Assembly: GCF_001194135.2 (NCBI RefSeq)
Contig: NC_068981.1
Coordinates: forward strand, 11,349,039 to 11,413,038
Source: Octopus bimaculoides
Taxonomy: Eukaryota
DNA length: 64,000 nucleotides
Reading direction: 5' to 3'
This document shows, piece after piece, positions 31,235 to 43,167 of the stretch. Below the pieces are notes generated by a model. It worked only from the letters and a program-made list of their open reading frames with translations, made no database searches and had not been told where the DNA came from. The position numbers were made by a program, and so were the translations under genes. Position 1 is the first letter of the stretch. Each line of letters starts with the position of its first letter.

Positions 31235-31473
31235 TTAGATACACAAACACTATATTTTTATATAAATACTAATATAAATACGTGTTTGTGTGTGTNNNNN
31301 NNNNNNNNNNNNNNNNNNNNNNNNNNNNNNNATATATATGGGAGAGACGACAAGTTTGCCTACCTTGTACAACCTGACCATGACACACAACCATGCATAT
31401 GACCTGCTCACCAGAATCCTGAAGCCTTTGTTATACTATTTATATTCTTGCGTGGTTGGTAAATTTCCCGTGG

Positions 31474-31511
<38 letters not shown>

Positions 31512-31518
31512 ATACTCA

Positions 31519-32730
31519 CACGAAGGTGGTCTGAAACTATCATCGGTAAACAACTAAGGAACGATGCTAGAGCTATGAAATCGTACATTAATTTCAGTAC
31601 TCCTTATTAGCAACGGCAGTGATTCTATCGAGATAAAGGGACATCTGACAGTTCAAAGAAGACTTCAAATGTAACTAGTACCGACTTCTTTTGAAAATGG
31701 ACAAAATGTGGGATTGTAGTGTTTGTCAGGTACCTGTAGAAAAAGGGCTTCGTCCCCGCCATGACATTTACGCTGACATGTTTGCTACATTAGAAGATGA
31801 CACCCTAGCTTTATTAACAAAGCAAAACTAGGCAACTGGATTTAGGAGGGAAATGGAGAGTCTTGTTGATTATCCAAAATCTGGATGTTCTTCATCTGAC
31901 TGCCACTACTGAAGAAAACATTGATCGTATTGCCGCATGGTGATGAATGGCAGACAATCACGTGAAAGGGTTGAGTATATTCTGCACAATGAACTTGACA
32001 TGACAATGGTTCCTGCTCGGTGGGTGCCACGTCTACCGATACCTAATTAACTGCGCACCAGGATGAAAACAAATCACGGGAAAATCTGACATTGTTTGAG
32101 GCAGATCCAACGGGTTTCTTTCCCTGTCTCCAACCCAGGATGAGTGTTGTGTTTCTCACTTTGAGGAAGAGAAAAGAAACAATTCATGCAGTAAACATAA
32201 ACCATCTCACCTGCTCCAAAGAAAGTCAAGGGAACGTGGTGGCCTCAGTTTTGGGGAAGCTAAAGGCATTGTGCTTATTGAATATCATCAAAAGTGCCAC
32301 ATCATTAATAGAGATGTACTATACCTACATACTGAATAAACAACCAGCAAAACCGACAAAGGGCTGTTGTTTCATCTAGACAATTGTCCAGCGCACAAAT
32401 CCTAGGTTGCAATGGCTAGAATGTGATAGTGTGGCTTTGAATCTGGTGATGATCTTGTCAGTTCTGATTTGGCCTCATCTGTTCCCCAACAGGAAAAAAA
32501 AAAGGCTGTGAATCAGTATCGCAGCCATGATGACGTCAAATCTGCTGTTGATGATTATTTTCACTTACAAGTTGGAGGAACGCTTCTTCCGAAATGGGAT
32601 CCAAGCACTGCAACATAAATGGAAAACGTTTTTGCACCGCAAGTGAGACTATGTTGAAATACAAACCTCATTTGGTCACATTTCATGGCACTGTCTTGGT
32701 CAGCTTATGAACTTTTCAACTGACTCGTAT
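31519..32730 (+). mobile_element. Decayed mariner (DD34D-type) transposon
   Basis: MDK start (~31695); DD-PxSG-like segment; ILHNELDMTMVPARWVPRL (~31978-32036, the mariner WVP motif); FHLDNCPAHKS (~32370-32403); degenerate SSDLASS for SPDLAPSD. Right end gaacttttcaactgactcg|TA weakly mirrors left cacgaaggtggtctgaaa. Confidence 0.88.
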
Positions 32731-32789
32731 GTATGTATGTATGTATGTATGTATGTATGTATGTATGTATGTATGTATGTCAGGTCACT

Positions 32790-33800
32790 TATGAGGCTCT
32801 CATAAGTGCTACTGGTAACATGGAATTCAGTACAACCTGTTGCATGGTCGGGTTGCCCGCGAATAAATTGGCACCCCCACGAGGTTATGCTGGTGAGGAG
32901 CGTTGCTAGAAACTCAGCGGGATTAAAAACAAGATCTGTTGAAAGCTCGGATGAACCAAGTGCAGGCTCAACGGCTATCTAGCAATAGCACGGGTACGCA
33001 GAAATTCAAGAATGGTGTCCGGCGTGCTGAAAGATCACTGGCGGTGAGGTACCCTTTAGCTTCTGTTGAAGCATGTCTCTATGAGAAGGTCACTCTGATA
33101 TAAAACCAGATATGCAGGGAATGGCGCTGGACATTTTGGAGGATCTTTGGTTTGTATTAGAGATCATGGCGCTCTCACATCCCTTAGCCTGCGACTCGCA
33201 TTAGCACCAGACATCCTGCTGTGGCTTGTCTCTGTTTAATTCAATAAAGTGGAGAGGGTCTATGAGGTGTCGTGCAAGCTTTATTAGACCTAAATCTCTG
33301 CACAGGCATTGCTGACCTCTGCTAGATATGCCCTTTTTTACACCTATATATATATATATATTTTATTTTTTGTATATATGTATCTTTATTTTTAGTATAT
33401 ATTTATATATATTTTAGTTCGTTTTTAATTTATTTAATTTTTTATGTGGAAGTCCTGCGGCGATGGGAATGTGGTGAAGCATGCAGACCTGGGGGGTAGT
33501 CAGCAACCTGCACGCAGGCGGCCCATATAAAATCGTCTCCTTATCGCTCAAGACAGCGGAAGGTATTCGGCTGCTACATGGGTATCTGAGCAGCTCCATT
33601 TGGAGAAGGAATTGCTCACCCGGAGGCCGAGGAGGTTCTAGAAAAGGTGAACAAAAAATTGCCTGTCTTTCTATAGTTAGTTTAGCGCGACTGACGGATG
33701 TCTACTCTGCGCTCGAAAAAGAAAGACACTTTTATTTACAAAATCTTCATGCTGGAGCGTGCGCACTCTGTGGGATAGCATGAGTGGTTGGAGGCCGTGG
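32790..33800 (+). mobile_element. Probable RTE LINE 5' end (5' UTR plus start of APE endonuclease), split by an AT-rich tract
   Basis: GC-rich UTR-like sequence with gagaaggtcactctgatataaaacc (recalled as resembling RTE 5' UTR motifs); WSVRTLWD at 33753-33776 matches the RTE APE start WNVRTLxD; sequence stops soon after. Confidence 0.5.
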
Positions 33801-34072
33801 TTGAAGTCAATGGCAATTTTATTGAATAAATTTATACTTTAGTATTTCATGATATTTTTACGTAATTTTGGTAAATATATCTGTTAAAATGAGATGTGTG
33901 TTATTTTCATTTTTGCGTTATTTTTGACAACAGTTTATTCACCACAACCTGTATANNNNNNNNNNNNNNNNNNNNNNNNNNNNNNNNNNNNNNNNNNNNN
34001 NNNNNNNNNNNNNNNNNNNNNNNNNNNNNNNNNNNNNNNNNNNNNNNNNNNNNNNNNNNNNNNNNNNNNNNN

Positions 34073-34113
<41 letters not shown>

Positions 34114-34851
34114 ACATTACAATATTTTAATTAAGGAACATCCGCACGCTGAAATATATATATATATATCATGGAGTGCTTTTATTTAAATTGCAATCAT
34201 CTCGTTTCTGAACGCATATGCACTTAAATACATGCTTGAATTTACTTAACCACAGGGAATGCATTGTATAACGACAAGAATATACGGATAGAGATATACA
34301 ACCTTAAGTGAAGAGAACACAAAATTATCTTTATTGTAATACTACGTCCAATTTAATTTTGTTGCTGTATATAGGAGTGAGTATTATTATTCATTAGCTG
34401 GGCAAAATAAGACTTTCATTGTAGCACGAGATCTTTGAGGTCGCAACAATTCGTTCGACAAGCTAAATGCATAATTTTTGTACACTGAATCTGAGCTGAC
34501 TAGGGGTTAAACAACAAGAACATGAAGAACATAACAAAAAGCATATATAAATCATCTCATCTAAAATTATCTACATTAAACGTTAAGCTGCCTTTTAATC
34601 GATCATTTAAAGTTCAAGTATTATATCGACGCCATTTTAGTAGAGGTAATTGGTGGTGAGATGGGGTAACGGTTAATATCGTGCAAAATATAATCATTGG
34701 TATTTTTCACACAGACTCGCGCGCACACACACACATTCACATACACACACACACAAACAAACACACGTATAGAATTGTGCGTATATGTGTGTGTGCGCGT
34801 ATGCGTGTATATGTGTCTACTAGCTAAAGAAGTTGTATACATATATACATA

Positions 34852-34899
<48 letters not shown>

Positions 34900-35983
34900 N
34901 NNNNNNNNNNNNNNNNNNNNNNNNNNNNNNNNNNNNNNNNNNNNNNNNNNNNNNNNNNNNNNNNNNNNNNNNNNNNNNNNNNNNNNNNNNNNNNNNNNNN
35001 NNNNNNNNNNNNNNNNNNNNNNNNNNNNNNNNNNNNNNNNNNNNNNNNNNNNNNNNNNNNNNNNNNNNNNNNNNNNNNNNNNNNNNNNNNNNNNNNNNNN
35101 NNNNNNNNNNNNNNNNNNNNNNNNNNNNNNNNNNNNNNNNNNNNNNNNNNNNNNNNNNNNNNNNNNNNNNNNNNNNNNNNNNNNNNNNNNNNNNNNNNNN
35201 NNNNNNNNNNNNNNNNNNNNNNNNNNNNNNNNNNNNNNNNNNNNNNNNNNNNNNNNNNNNNNNNNNNNNNNNNNNNNNNNNNNNNNNNNNNNNNNNNNNN
35301 NNNNNNNNNNNNNNNNNNNNNNNNNNNNNNNNNNNNNNNNNNNNNNNNNNNNNNNNNNNNNNNNNNNNNNNNNNNNNNNNNNNNNNNNNNNNNNNNNNNN
35401 NNNNNNNNNNNNNNNNNNNNNNNNNNNNNNNNNNNNNNNNNNNNNNNNNNNNNNNNNNNNNNNNNNNNNNNNNNNNNNNNNNNNNNNNNNNNNNNNNNNN
35501 NNNNNNNNNNNNNNNNNNNNNNNNNNNNNNNNNNNNNNNNNNNNNNNNNNNNNNNNNNNNNNNNNNNNNNNNNNNNNNNNNNNNNNNNNNNNNNNNNNNN
35601 NNNNNNNNNNNNNNNNNNNNNNNNNNNNNNNNNNNNNNNNNNNNNNNNNNNNNNNNNNNNNNNNNNNNNNNNNNNNNNNNNNNNNNNNNNNNNNNNNNNN
35701 NNNNNNNNNNNNNTATATATATATATATATGAATTTTTTTTCAGAATGAGATAAAAAAGAGGCTGTGTTTATTTATAAATGTTCTAAAATCTTCACAGCC
35801 TTGTTTTTTTTTATCTGATTCTGAAAAAAAAAATCATTATATATGCACATGCTGATATATGACCTACGTTGGACTCCTTATTCGCATAATCACCAAACCT
35901 ATGGTCGATCCATAGCACTTACTTAGCATTACCTGATACCTTTGGGTGTTATTGACACCATTACCTCTCATAACTTATATATA

Positions 35984-36870
35984 CATGATGCGATGCGTAA
36001 AGTGTTGGCATTTTATATTTTTAATTTTTCCCATGCGCATTGTTTGTTTTGGATTTTGTTGACTACATAGTATAGTATGGTCGTCGGATGGGCAGCTTTT
36101 GTGAGAAAAACAGCACCATGACGCATTTCATACAGCCAGAAATTTGGTAATGACATCCTGTACTGCTGGCCATTCACACCGGAAGTTCTAATACGAAGAT
36201 TTCAGAGCGTTTGGCTGTCAATCTGAGAAGAGTGCAATCAGAGAATATGTACCAAGAGTGATAAAAATGAAACATCCAGTAAACATCATGGTGTTTGTAG
36301 TGATCACTAGCGATAGCGACTTTATGCCTCCATTCATCTTTTCACACGGATTCAGACTCAAAACGGAGGCCAACATTAAGTGCCTTGAGGGGGTAGTGTT
36401 GCCGTGGGTCAAGAGTGTGACTGCTGGAAGACGCTGTTTCTGGTAACGGGACTTTGCACCATTATACACAAGCAGGAGAACCCAATCATGGCTGTCAGAC
36501 AATTTCTGCGACTACATCACCCCTAACATCTGGTCACCCGGCCCTGCAGACTACAAACTACTTGGTTATTATGTGTGGGGCGCAGTTCACCGAGAGACCA
36601 ACTATAGTTCTTGCAACACCAAAGATGATCTGAAGGCAAGGATTCACCAACTTAAACAAGGTGACGGTCCAGAAGTGTAGCAAGAGATTTAGAAGTCTTC
36701 TGGAGATGTGTTTCGCTTGTGTATATATTAAGTACGTTAGTGTTTGTGTTACTTCTAAACTAAATATATTGCTAATAAAACGGGTTCAATTGTTCACTTT
36801 CTTCATGCAAAATTGTTTCGTTATTTCATTTCAATGCTTGGAGTTGTACTATCACATTTTTCCCGAACGT
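35984..36870 (+). mobile_element. Internally deleted DD37D (maT)-like transposon
   Basis: TA|catgatgcgatgcgtaaa TIR-like start; ATG at 36118 begins an HTH region (SSNTKISERLAVNLRRVQ) that jumps at ~36240 to KMKHPVNIMVFVVITSDSDFMPPFIF; then VVLPWVKSV, *RDFAPLYTS, IWSPGPADYKLLGYYVWG. Confidence 0.88.
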
Positions 36871-36907
36871 ATGTGTGAAAGCACTGAGAAAATGGGTGTC
36901 TTCTCCA

Positions 36908-36965
<58 letters not shown>

Positions 36966-37836
36966 NNNNNNNNNNNNNNNNNNNNNNNNNNNNNNNNNNN
37001 NNNNNNNNNNNNNNNNNNNNNNNNNNNNNNNNNNNNNNNNNNNNNNNNNNNNNNNNNNNNNNNNNNNNNNNNNNNNNNNNNNNNNNNNNNNNNNNNNNNN
37101 NNNNNNNNNNNNNNNNNNNNNNNNNNNNNNNNNNNNNNNNNNNNNNNNNNNNNNNNNNNNNNNNNNNNNNNNNNNNNNNNNNNNNNNNNNNNNNNNNNNN
37201 NNNNNNNNNNNNNNNNNNNNNNNNNNNNNNNNNNNNNNNNNNNNNNNNNNNNNNNNNNNNNNNNNNNNNNNNNNNNNNNNNNNNNNNNNNNNNNNNNNNN
37301 NNNNNNNNNNNNNNNNNNNNNNNNNNNNNNNNNNNNNNNNNNNNNNNNNNNNNNNNNNNNNNNNNNNNNNNNNNNNNNNNNNNNNNNNNNNNNNNNNNNN
37401 NNNNNNNNNNNNNNNNNNNNNNNNNNNNNNNNNNNNNNNNNNNNNNNNNNNNNNNNNNNNNNNNNNNNNNNNNNNNNNNNNNNNNNNNNNNNNNNNNNNN
37501 NNNNNNNNNNNNNNNNNNNNNNNNNNNNNNNNNNNNNNNNNNNNNNNNNNNNNNNGTGAAATCAACAAAGGTGACAATTTTCTCAAAACTCGACCATTTT
37601 TCACAAGTTTAAATAAGTGTTTAATTAAAGACTGATGATTCGTGTTAAAAAAAACTCAAATTCCCTAGGGAAATTATTCGATGGTGATCTGAACGCCATT
37701 TATAATACCGCGTAGAAGAGACACACATTATTAGAATATCAAACGAGTGTTCTACAGCGAGGCTCGAAGTATGTATATTTACTTTCTAAAGTCATCTATG
37801 GTACATTCATCTGAAAGTGCCATGATGTAACTACGC

Positions 37837-37889
<53 letters not shown>

Positions 37890-37896
37890 TAATAAT
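37837..37896. repeat. (AAT)n array
   Basis: Directly visible; abuts the 5' junction of the R4/Dong fragment. Confidence 0.98.
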
Positions 37897-38595
37897 ACAA
37901 ATTTTTGGGGGGCACATTATTAAAGGTATAAATACATTGGCTATGCCATTAGTGAAAAACTCTGCAACCGTCGTGAAATGTACAAATATGGAGCTGCAGG
38001 GCATGGAGAAAAGAACTAAAAGGCTCTTAACAGTGTACAACGTAGTTCATCCTAAATGTAATATCGACCGGCTCTATCTGCCAAGAAGGGGAATGTCGTT
38101 GAGGATTACTATATGTGATAGAAACCGTTGGTAGTGCAATACTGGGTCTTAAAAATTGTGTGATGCTGAGTAAAGACAAAATAGTTTCAGTATCCAAGGA
38201 TACACAAAATGTAAGTGAGTCAGTTAAAGAATTCAAAGGGAAAATGAATAACAACAGAATAAGCAAACGTAAAGAAATGGAACACGACGGCGAATTCATA
38301 CAACAAATCGAGTTGGAAGCAAAGAATGCTGGCTTTGGTTGACGGACGGGAAATTGAAACTAAAATCAGAAAAACTAATTATAGCCGTTCAAGTACGAAC
38401 GGAATAAACCTGATAAAGGCAAAGATCGACAAAACTCAGGAATTGCAAGTGAAACACGCATTGTCGACCTGCATAAAAGTACCATCCTATGTTCTGTAAG
38501 GATCATAAAAAGAATTCTTGGGATTTCAGGAGACTTATTGTAACCAACCGTCAAGATGAAATGCCTACTAAATAAATTATCATACAATTGCGACA
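37897..38595 (+). mobile_element. R4/Dong-type LINE, 5'-truncated and internally deleted decayed copy
   Basis: GHIIKGINTLAMPLV...EKRTKRLLTV..VVHPKCNIDRLYLPRRG matches the post-RT region of R4/Dong; then IDKTQE-like sequence joined directly to KSTILCSVRIIKRILG (C-terminus), so the zinc knuckle and REL are missing. Confidence 0.8.
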
Positions 38596-38597
38596 TA

Positions 38598-38674
38598 GTA
38601 ATAATAAGAAGAATGATGATGATGATAATAATAATAATAATGATAATAATAATGATAATGATAATAATAATAAC

Positions 38675-38709
<35 letters not shown>

Positions 38710-38762
38710 CAACAACAACAACAACAACAGCAACAATAATAATAATGATAATAATAATAATG

Positions 38763-38817
<55 letters not shown>
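38598..38817. repeat. Compound (AAT/GAT)n-(AAC)n-(AAT)n array
   Basis: Directly visible. Confidence 0.98.
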
Positions 38818-38819
<2 letters not shown>

Positions 38820-39300
38820 GGACATGGAAATAATGAAAGGAAACGGAAACTCCAAAAATAAAACCAGGTTTACAGAAATCCTCTTTCCTAGGGTGGAGAT
38901 CCTATAAGTGATGGTGTCATGGGAAAAAATACTGGTGGATGTGCAACCTGAAATTCTCAACCCTCGTCATGAGTGCTGAAATGTCAAATAAAAATAGAAA
39001 TGAGAACGGCGTGAATGAGGCTGGAACATCTTGTGAAGGTCTCTCGCCGGTGGGTGCCCCACGGATGAACAGAGTGGACCCAGTCGTCATCGAGCAACTG
39101 AGTGTAGGTGTGGTTACATTGAGCGTTGGTTAGTACCCTATATTTAAATGGTGTAACGAGGAAAATACGGGTGATTGCACAATCATACAAATGCTACTTC
39201 TAAATAAGTGATCTTAACTTCAAATAATGATCATAACATCGTTACCGGGACCAGAACTGTTAACAGTGAAGGTATCGTGCACGGCCAACAAGAAGTGCTT
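38818..39300 (+). mobile_element. Probable R4/Dong-type LINE 5' UTR and N-terminus
   Basis: Starts at the TAA array edge; MSNKNRNENG... then KWCNEENT...KCYF (~39146-39200) resembles the R4/Dong N-terminal KWT.EEN..VM.CY..S motif. Confidence 0.5.
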
Positions 39301-39759
39301 GGTCCTAGTTCCAGCAGGTCACCATCAAGCTGATATTAGCCGGTTGTACATGGAGAGGCTTAATTGTTGTGGATTGTATGGAAATAGAAAAAAAAATACA
39401 AAATATATTTACAGAACAGCACAAATAAATTAGTAAAGTGAATAAAGATCTTGTGATCAAGTGTGAAAAAGGAGAAAAGACAAGAATGAATTTTAAAGAG
39501 ATCATGTTAAACGCATTGAAAAGAAACCTCTGCGTATCAGTTTTGAAAACCCGTTGAGGATGTATATGGAACATATACCTGGACTTAGTTTAAAAAAAAA
39601 GAAGGGCAATTAATAAAAGAGACAGAAAATCTTATTATAACACTGGAAAGAGGTAGTAACCTGCTACCCTCATCAATTTTATCAGGTATAATAACCAATC
39701 TGCATCCAATTAATAACCAATCTGCATCCAATTAATAATACGAATAATAGGAGAATTAA

Positions 39760-39970
39760 GTACCAGCAAATAAATACCAGTTGAACATTAAAGTCGATTA
39801 CATCGACCTTAATGCTCAAATGGTACTTATTTTATCGATCTCGAAGGTTGAAAAGCAAAGCCGACCTCCGCATAATTCGAACTGGGAATTTATAGACGGA
39901 CCAATTATAGCAAAGCATTTTGCTTCACATGCTAACAGTCCTATTGGATAGCAGTTCTACCAGTTCGCCG

Positions 39971-39972
<2 letters not shown>
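39760..39972 (-). mobile_element. SINE family B, diverged
   Basis: aagtcgatt.catcgacc...ggtacttattttatcgat..cgaag..tgaaaagcaaag.cgacctc.gc..aatt.gaact...gttcgccgc. Confidence 0.85.
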
Positions 39973-40037
<65 letters not shown>

Positions 40038-40038
<1 letters not shown>

Positions 40039-40485
40039 TGCCAATACACACATATAGAGAAATTAAGGCAAATAGACCAGATATAGTTGTCAAAGATCAT
40101 GAAGGAAAAAAATGCCTTCTAATTGATGTTTCAATACCAGCAGATGACAACGTTTCTCTAAAAGAAATGGAAAAACTTTCAAAATACAAAGACCTGGAAA
40201 TAGAGATAACTCGAATGTGGAATCTAAAAACAGAAACAATTCCTATCATAGTAGGTGCCTTAGGTATAATAAAAAAATATTCAGACAAATACATAACAAA
40301 AACACCAGGACTTACAAATATATATAACATACAGAAAATTGCACTACTGGGTACTGCACACATTCTACGCAAAACACTTTCAATACAGTAAACATAAGAG
40401 CACCACAGCAAACCACAGCACATACCCAAGGCGCACAGAGCTGCGCTCGGTAGTGAAGTGAAAGCACGTTATAAAAATAAAACTA

Positions 40486-40488
<3 letters not shown>
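40038..40488 (+). mobile_element. 5'-truncated R4/Dong-type LINE: intact restriction-like endonuclease (PD-D/ExK) domain plus 3' UTR, within (TAA)n
   Basis: Uninterrupted ORF 40038-40391, KANRPDIVVKD...CLLIDVSIP.D.N...KEMEKLSKYKDL..EI.RMW....IPIIVGALG...QKIALLGTAHILRKTL. Flanked by (TAA)n at 39974-40037 and 40489-40625. Confidence 0.92.
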
Positions 40489-40523
<35 letters not shown>

Positions 40524-40591
40524 TAATAATAATAATAATGATGATGATGATTATAATGATGATGATGATGATGATGATGGTAATGATGATG

Positions 40592-40627
<36 letters not shown>

Positions 40628-41374
40628 TATTTCTTTAAAGGCACTGCGTCTCACGGTTGAGTGAGATGTATTATCGACAATCGCCTGCATTACATTGAAT
40701 GTATTTAGTTTCCCGAGCGATAGAAGGGTGAAAGTAAATATAATTGTCCTGGGATTAAGACTTCGGTGTGAAATATTTATCGCAAAGAATTGTGTCTGAC
40801 TCTCAACTGATTTCTCCAATACACTGTACTCCCATATTGATGCAGAAGAAGATATAACATGTTACATTGTAAAAGTCCAGAGCAATAACTGAATTTGAAT
40901 TAGAATTTGTAAGGAAACGAATGGGAATCACTAAGTTCAATCATACTTCTTTGTATGTAAATCAATGGAAATTTGTATATTTCAGGAATGTACACTGTAG
41001 AAGTGTGCTTGCGATATAAGGTTCATCAAAAATCGCATTGTATATATTTGATAAAAATAAAAAAATAGAAAAAAAAAAGCAATTTTCATGTCGACTTTCG
41101 CAGTGACTAACCTCACTACATGAAGTGTGAGTAGATTCGTCGTAATATTTATTGTTGAGCACTAACGTTACGTTTATCCTTTTCATGCTTTTATATGAGA
41201 ACAGTAAAACAACTGACCACTCGACAGTGTGTTTGATATACCTTAGTATATGTTTCAGAGGAAACAAAGATATTTTCTGTACACGTTAAAGATACATTGG
41301 TGACATTCAGTTAAAACTCTCAGGAGCAATACTATACTATTTATTTCTAACATAACAAGGTATATATAATTTGT

Positions 41375-41585
41375 GTGACCCCTCTGTCCGGCATTCACCA
41401 TGATAGATCGCTAGCCACTGAACCTTTTTCGATTTTATTTCCCTGTTTATTTCTGTGTTCCTTTCTGTCGAAGAGCATAGGCTCGAGACGTAAGAGACTT
41501 TCTCACTTCCCGAACGTTAAACTAATACATCTGTTTGTTGTTTACACACCTGTCTTCGTCTTTTTTTTTTGTAAATTCTCACTAT
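41375..41585 (+). mobile_element. Probable PLE pseudo-LTR-derived repeat containing a degenerate hammerhead-like motif
   Basis: Contains cttt-CTGTCGAA-GAGC atag GCTC-GAGA-CG-TA-agag (41461-41496); lies ~500 bp upstream of a PLE RT fragment. Confidence 0.45.
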
Positions 41586-41595
41586 ATATAATTTA

Positions 41596-41648
<53 letters not shown>

Positions 41649-42066
41649 CATACATATATAGTAATTTTCGTAGCCACTTCAGCATGGCTGTTCCGTTCGA
41701 ACGGAACTTTTAACCCTAAGAGGGCATCTCCTCTACCTGGTTAACGATGCGCAGCTGCATCGGATATATTGTGAGCAAGGAAACGAACCCCTGCCACATT
41801 CTAGCGACGGGACCAGCATAACAACTTGGTCTTGGGTTATTTCTGCCTCTCTTCAGTACTGGACATCTCGTCTGTTAGAGATGGCAGTAGCTCAATTCTG
41901 CTCACAATAAATATAAATTCAAGCGACACACAGTCTATGGTCTTGCAGCAAGTGCAAAAAGCTACTTCTAAAATCTCCCTAAGAGATGGTCGCAATAGTT
42001 GTACTAGCAAATAATGTTCATAGCCACTTCAACATGGCTGTTCTGTTCGAACGGACTTTACTGCGA

Positions 42067-42480
42067 TTTTAGTTTAAACACAAGATATACGCCCAAAAGG
42101 AATTTGCAGCCTTTGGTGTCAGTATCGCTGGTGATACCGCTAACCTATTTATGGTATGGTGGGATAAGAGGTTCAAAGCGAAATTAGCACAGAACTTCAT
42201 AACCCTAAGCATGTCCTCCTGCTATGTGGATGATTTCGACATAGTAGCCAAAGCACCCCTACAAGACAATGTTGATGATAGGTAACACTATGAGCATCCA
42301 GCAAACAGCTAATTCCATCCCGCAGTGTACCAAAGTAACGATAGACTACCCTAACAAGCACCCCAAATTTGGGCTACGAGTTAGAAATCAAGAACAATAA
42401 GGTCCGTATCATTCACTCCCATTATGCTAAAGCAGAAATAGAAGCTCAGTCTATAGCATAGAAGTCAAAGTATTATCAAT
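42067..42480 (+). mobile_element. Penelope-like RT fragment of a second clade (Naiad/Chlamys-like by motif)
   Basis: FKHKIYAQKEFAAFGVSIAGDTANLFMVWWDKRFKAKL...CYVDDF, then after a frameshift TMSIQQTANSI...KVTIDYPNKH. Not in the ORF track because it has no ATG start. Confidence 0.75.
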
Positions 42481-43136
42481 GCATAGAACTGACACGACAC
42501 TTAGACAAATCACAGAGGCTACACACATAGCTGTAGACAGACTGAGCCTCAACAGAAAACACGAATGAAACAATAACACCAACCACCATACCACACATCA
42601 TGACGACTAAAGACTGAAAGGACAAAAGAAAAACAGATACGAACAGCTTAATACACATACAATAGACATATATGCATCTACATATGATAAATATAAAAAA
42701 AAATAGACATAAAAAACCGTATAAGGGACATGGATACAAACAGTATAGGAAGCGGACCCATATGCGCACACGAATACACATACGGTAACTTCACAGACGG
42801 CAGCGACATTATCAACAGCATGACTAACAACAACAGCAACAGGTGTAAGAAAATGGCAACAACAGCAACTGCTGCGATGGCAGAAGCATGGGCGAACACA
42901 AACACAATGGGTTACAAGAACTGCTGTTTTCAAGTGCTACTAAAAACAATGACACACACACACACAAATAAACAAACATGTACACAGACACAAACACACA
43001 CGCATGCGCATATAAGGATACACATCATAGAGGAAGAGAATGGACATGAGTTAGAATAAGAACAGTAATAAACGAGTGAAGAACGAATACATAGTGTGTG
43101 TGTTTATTTGGCAAAATAGAATGACCATCCCAAAAT

Positions 43137-43167
<31 letters not shown>

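Noticed and set aside
42730-43059. 109-aa ORF MDTNSIGSG...
   Set aside because: A/C-rich decayed repeat merging into (CA)n; no domain recognised.
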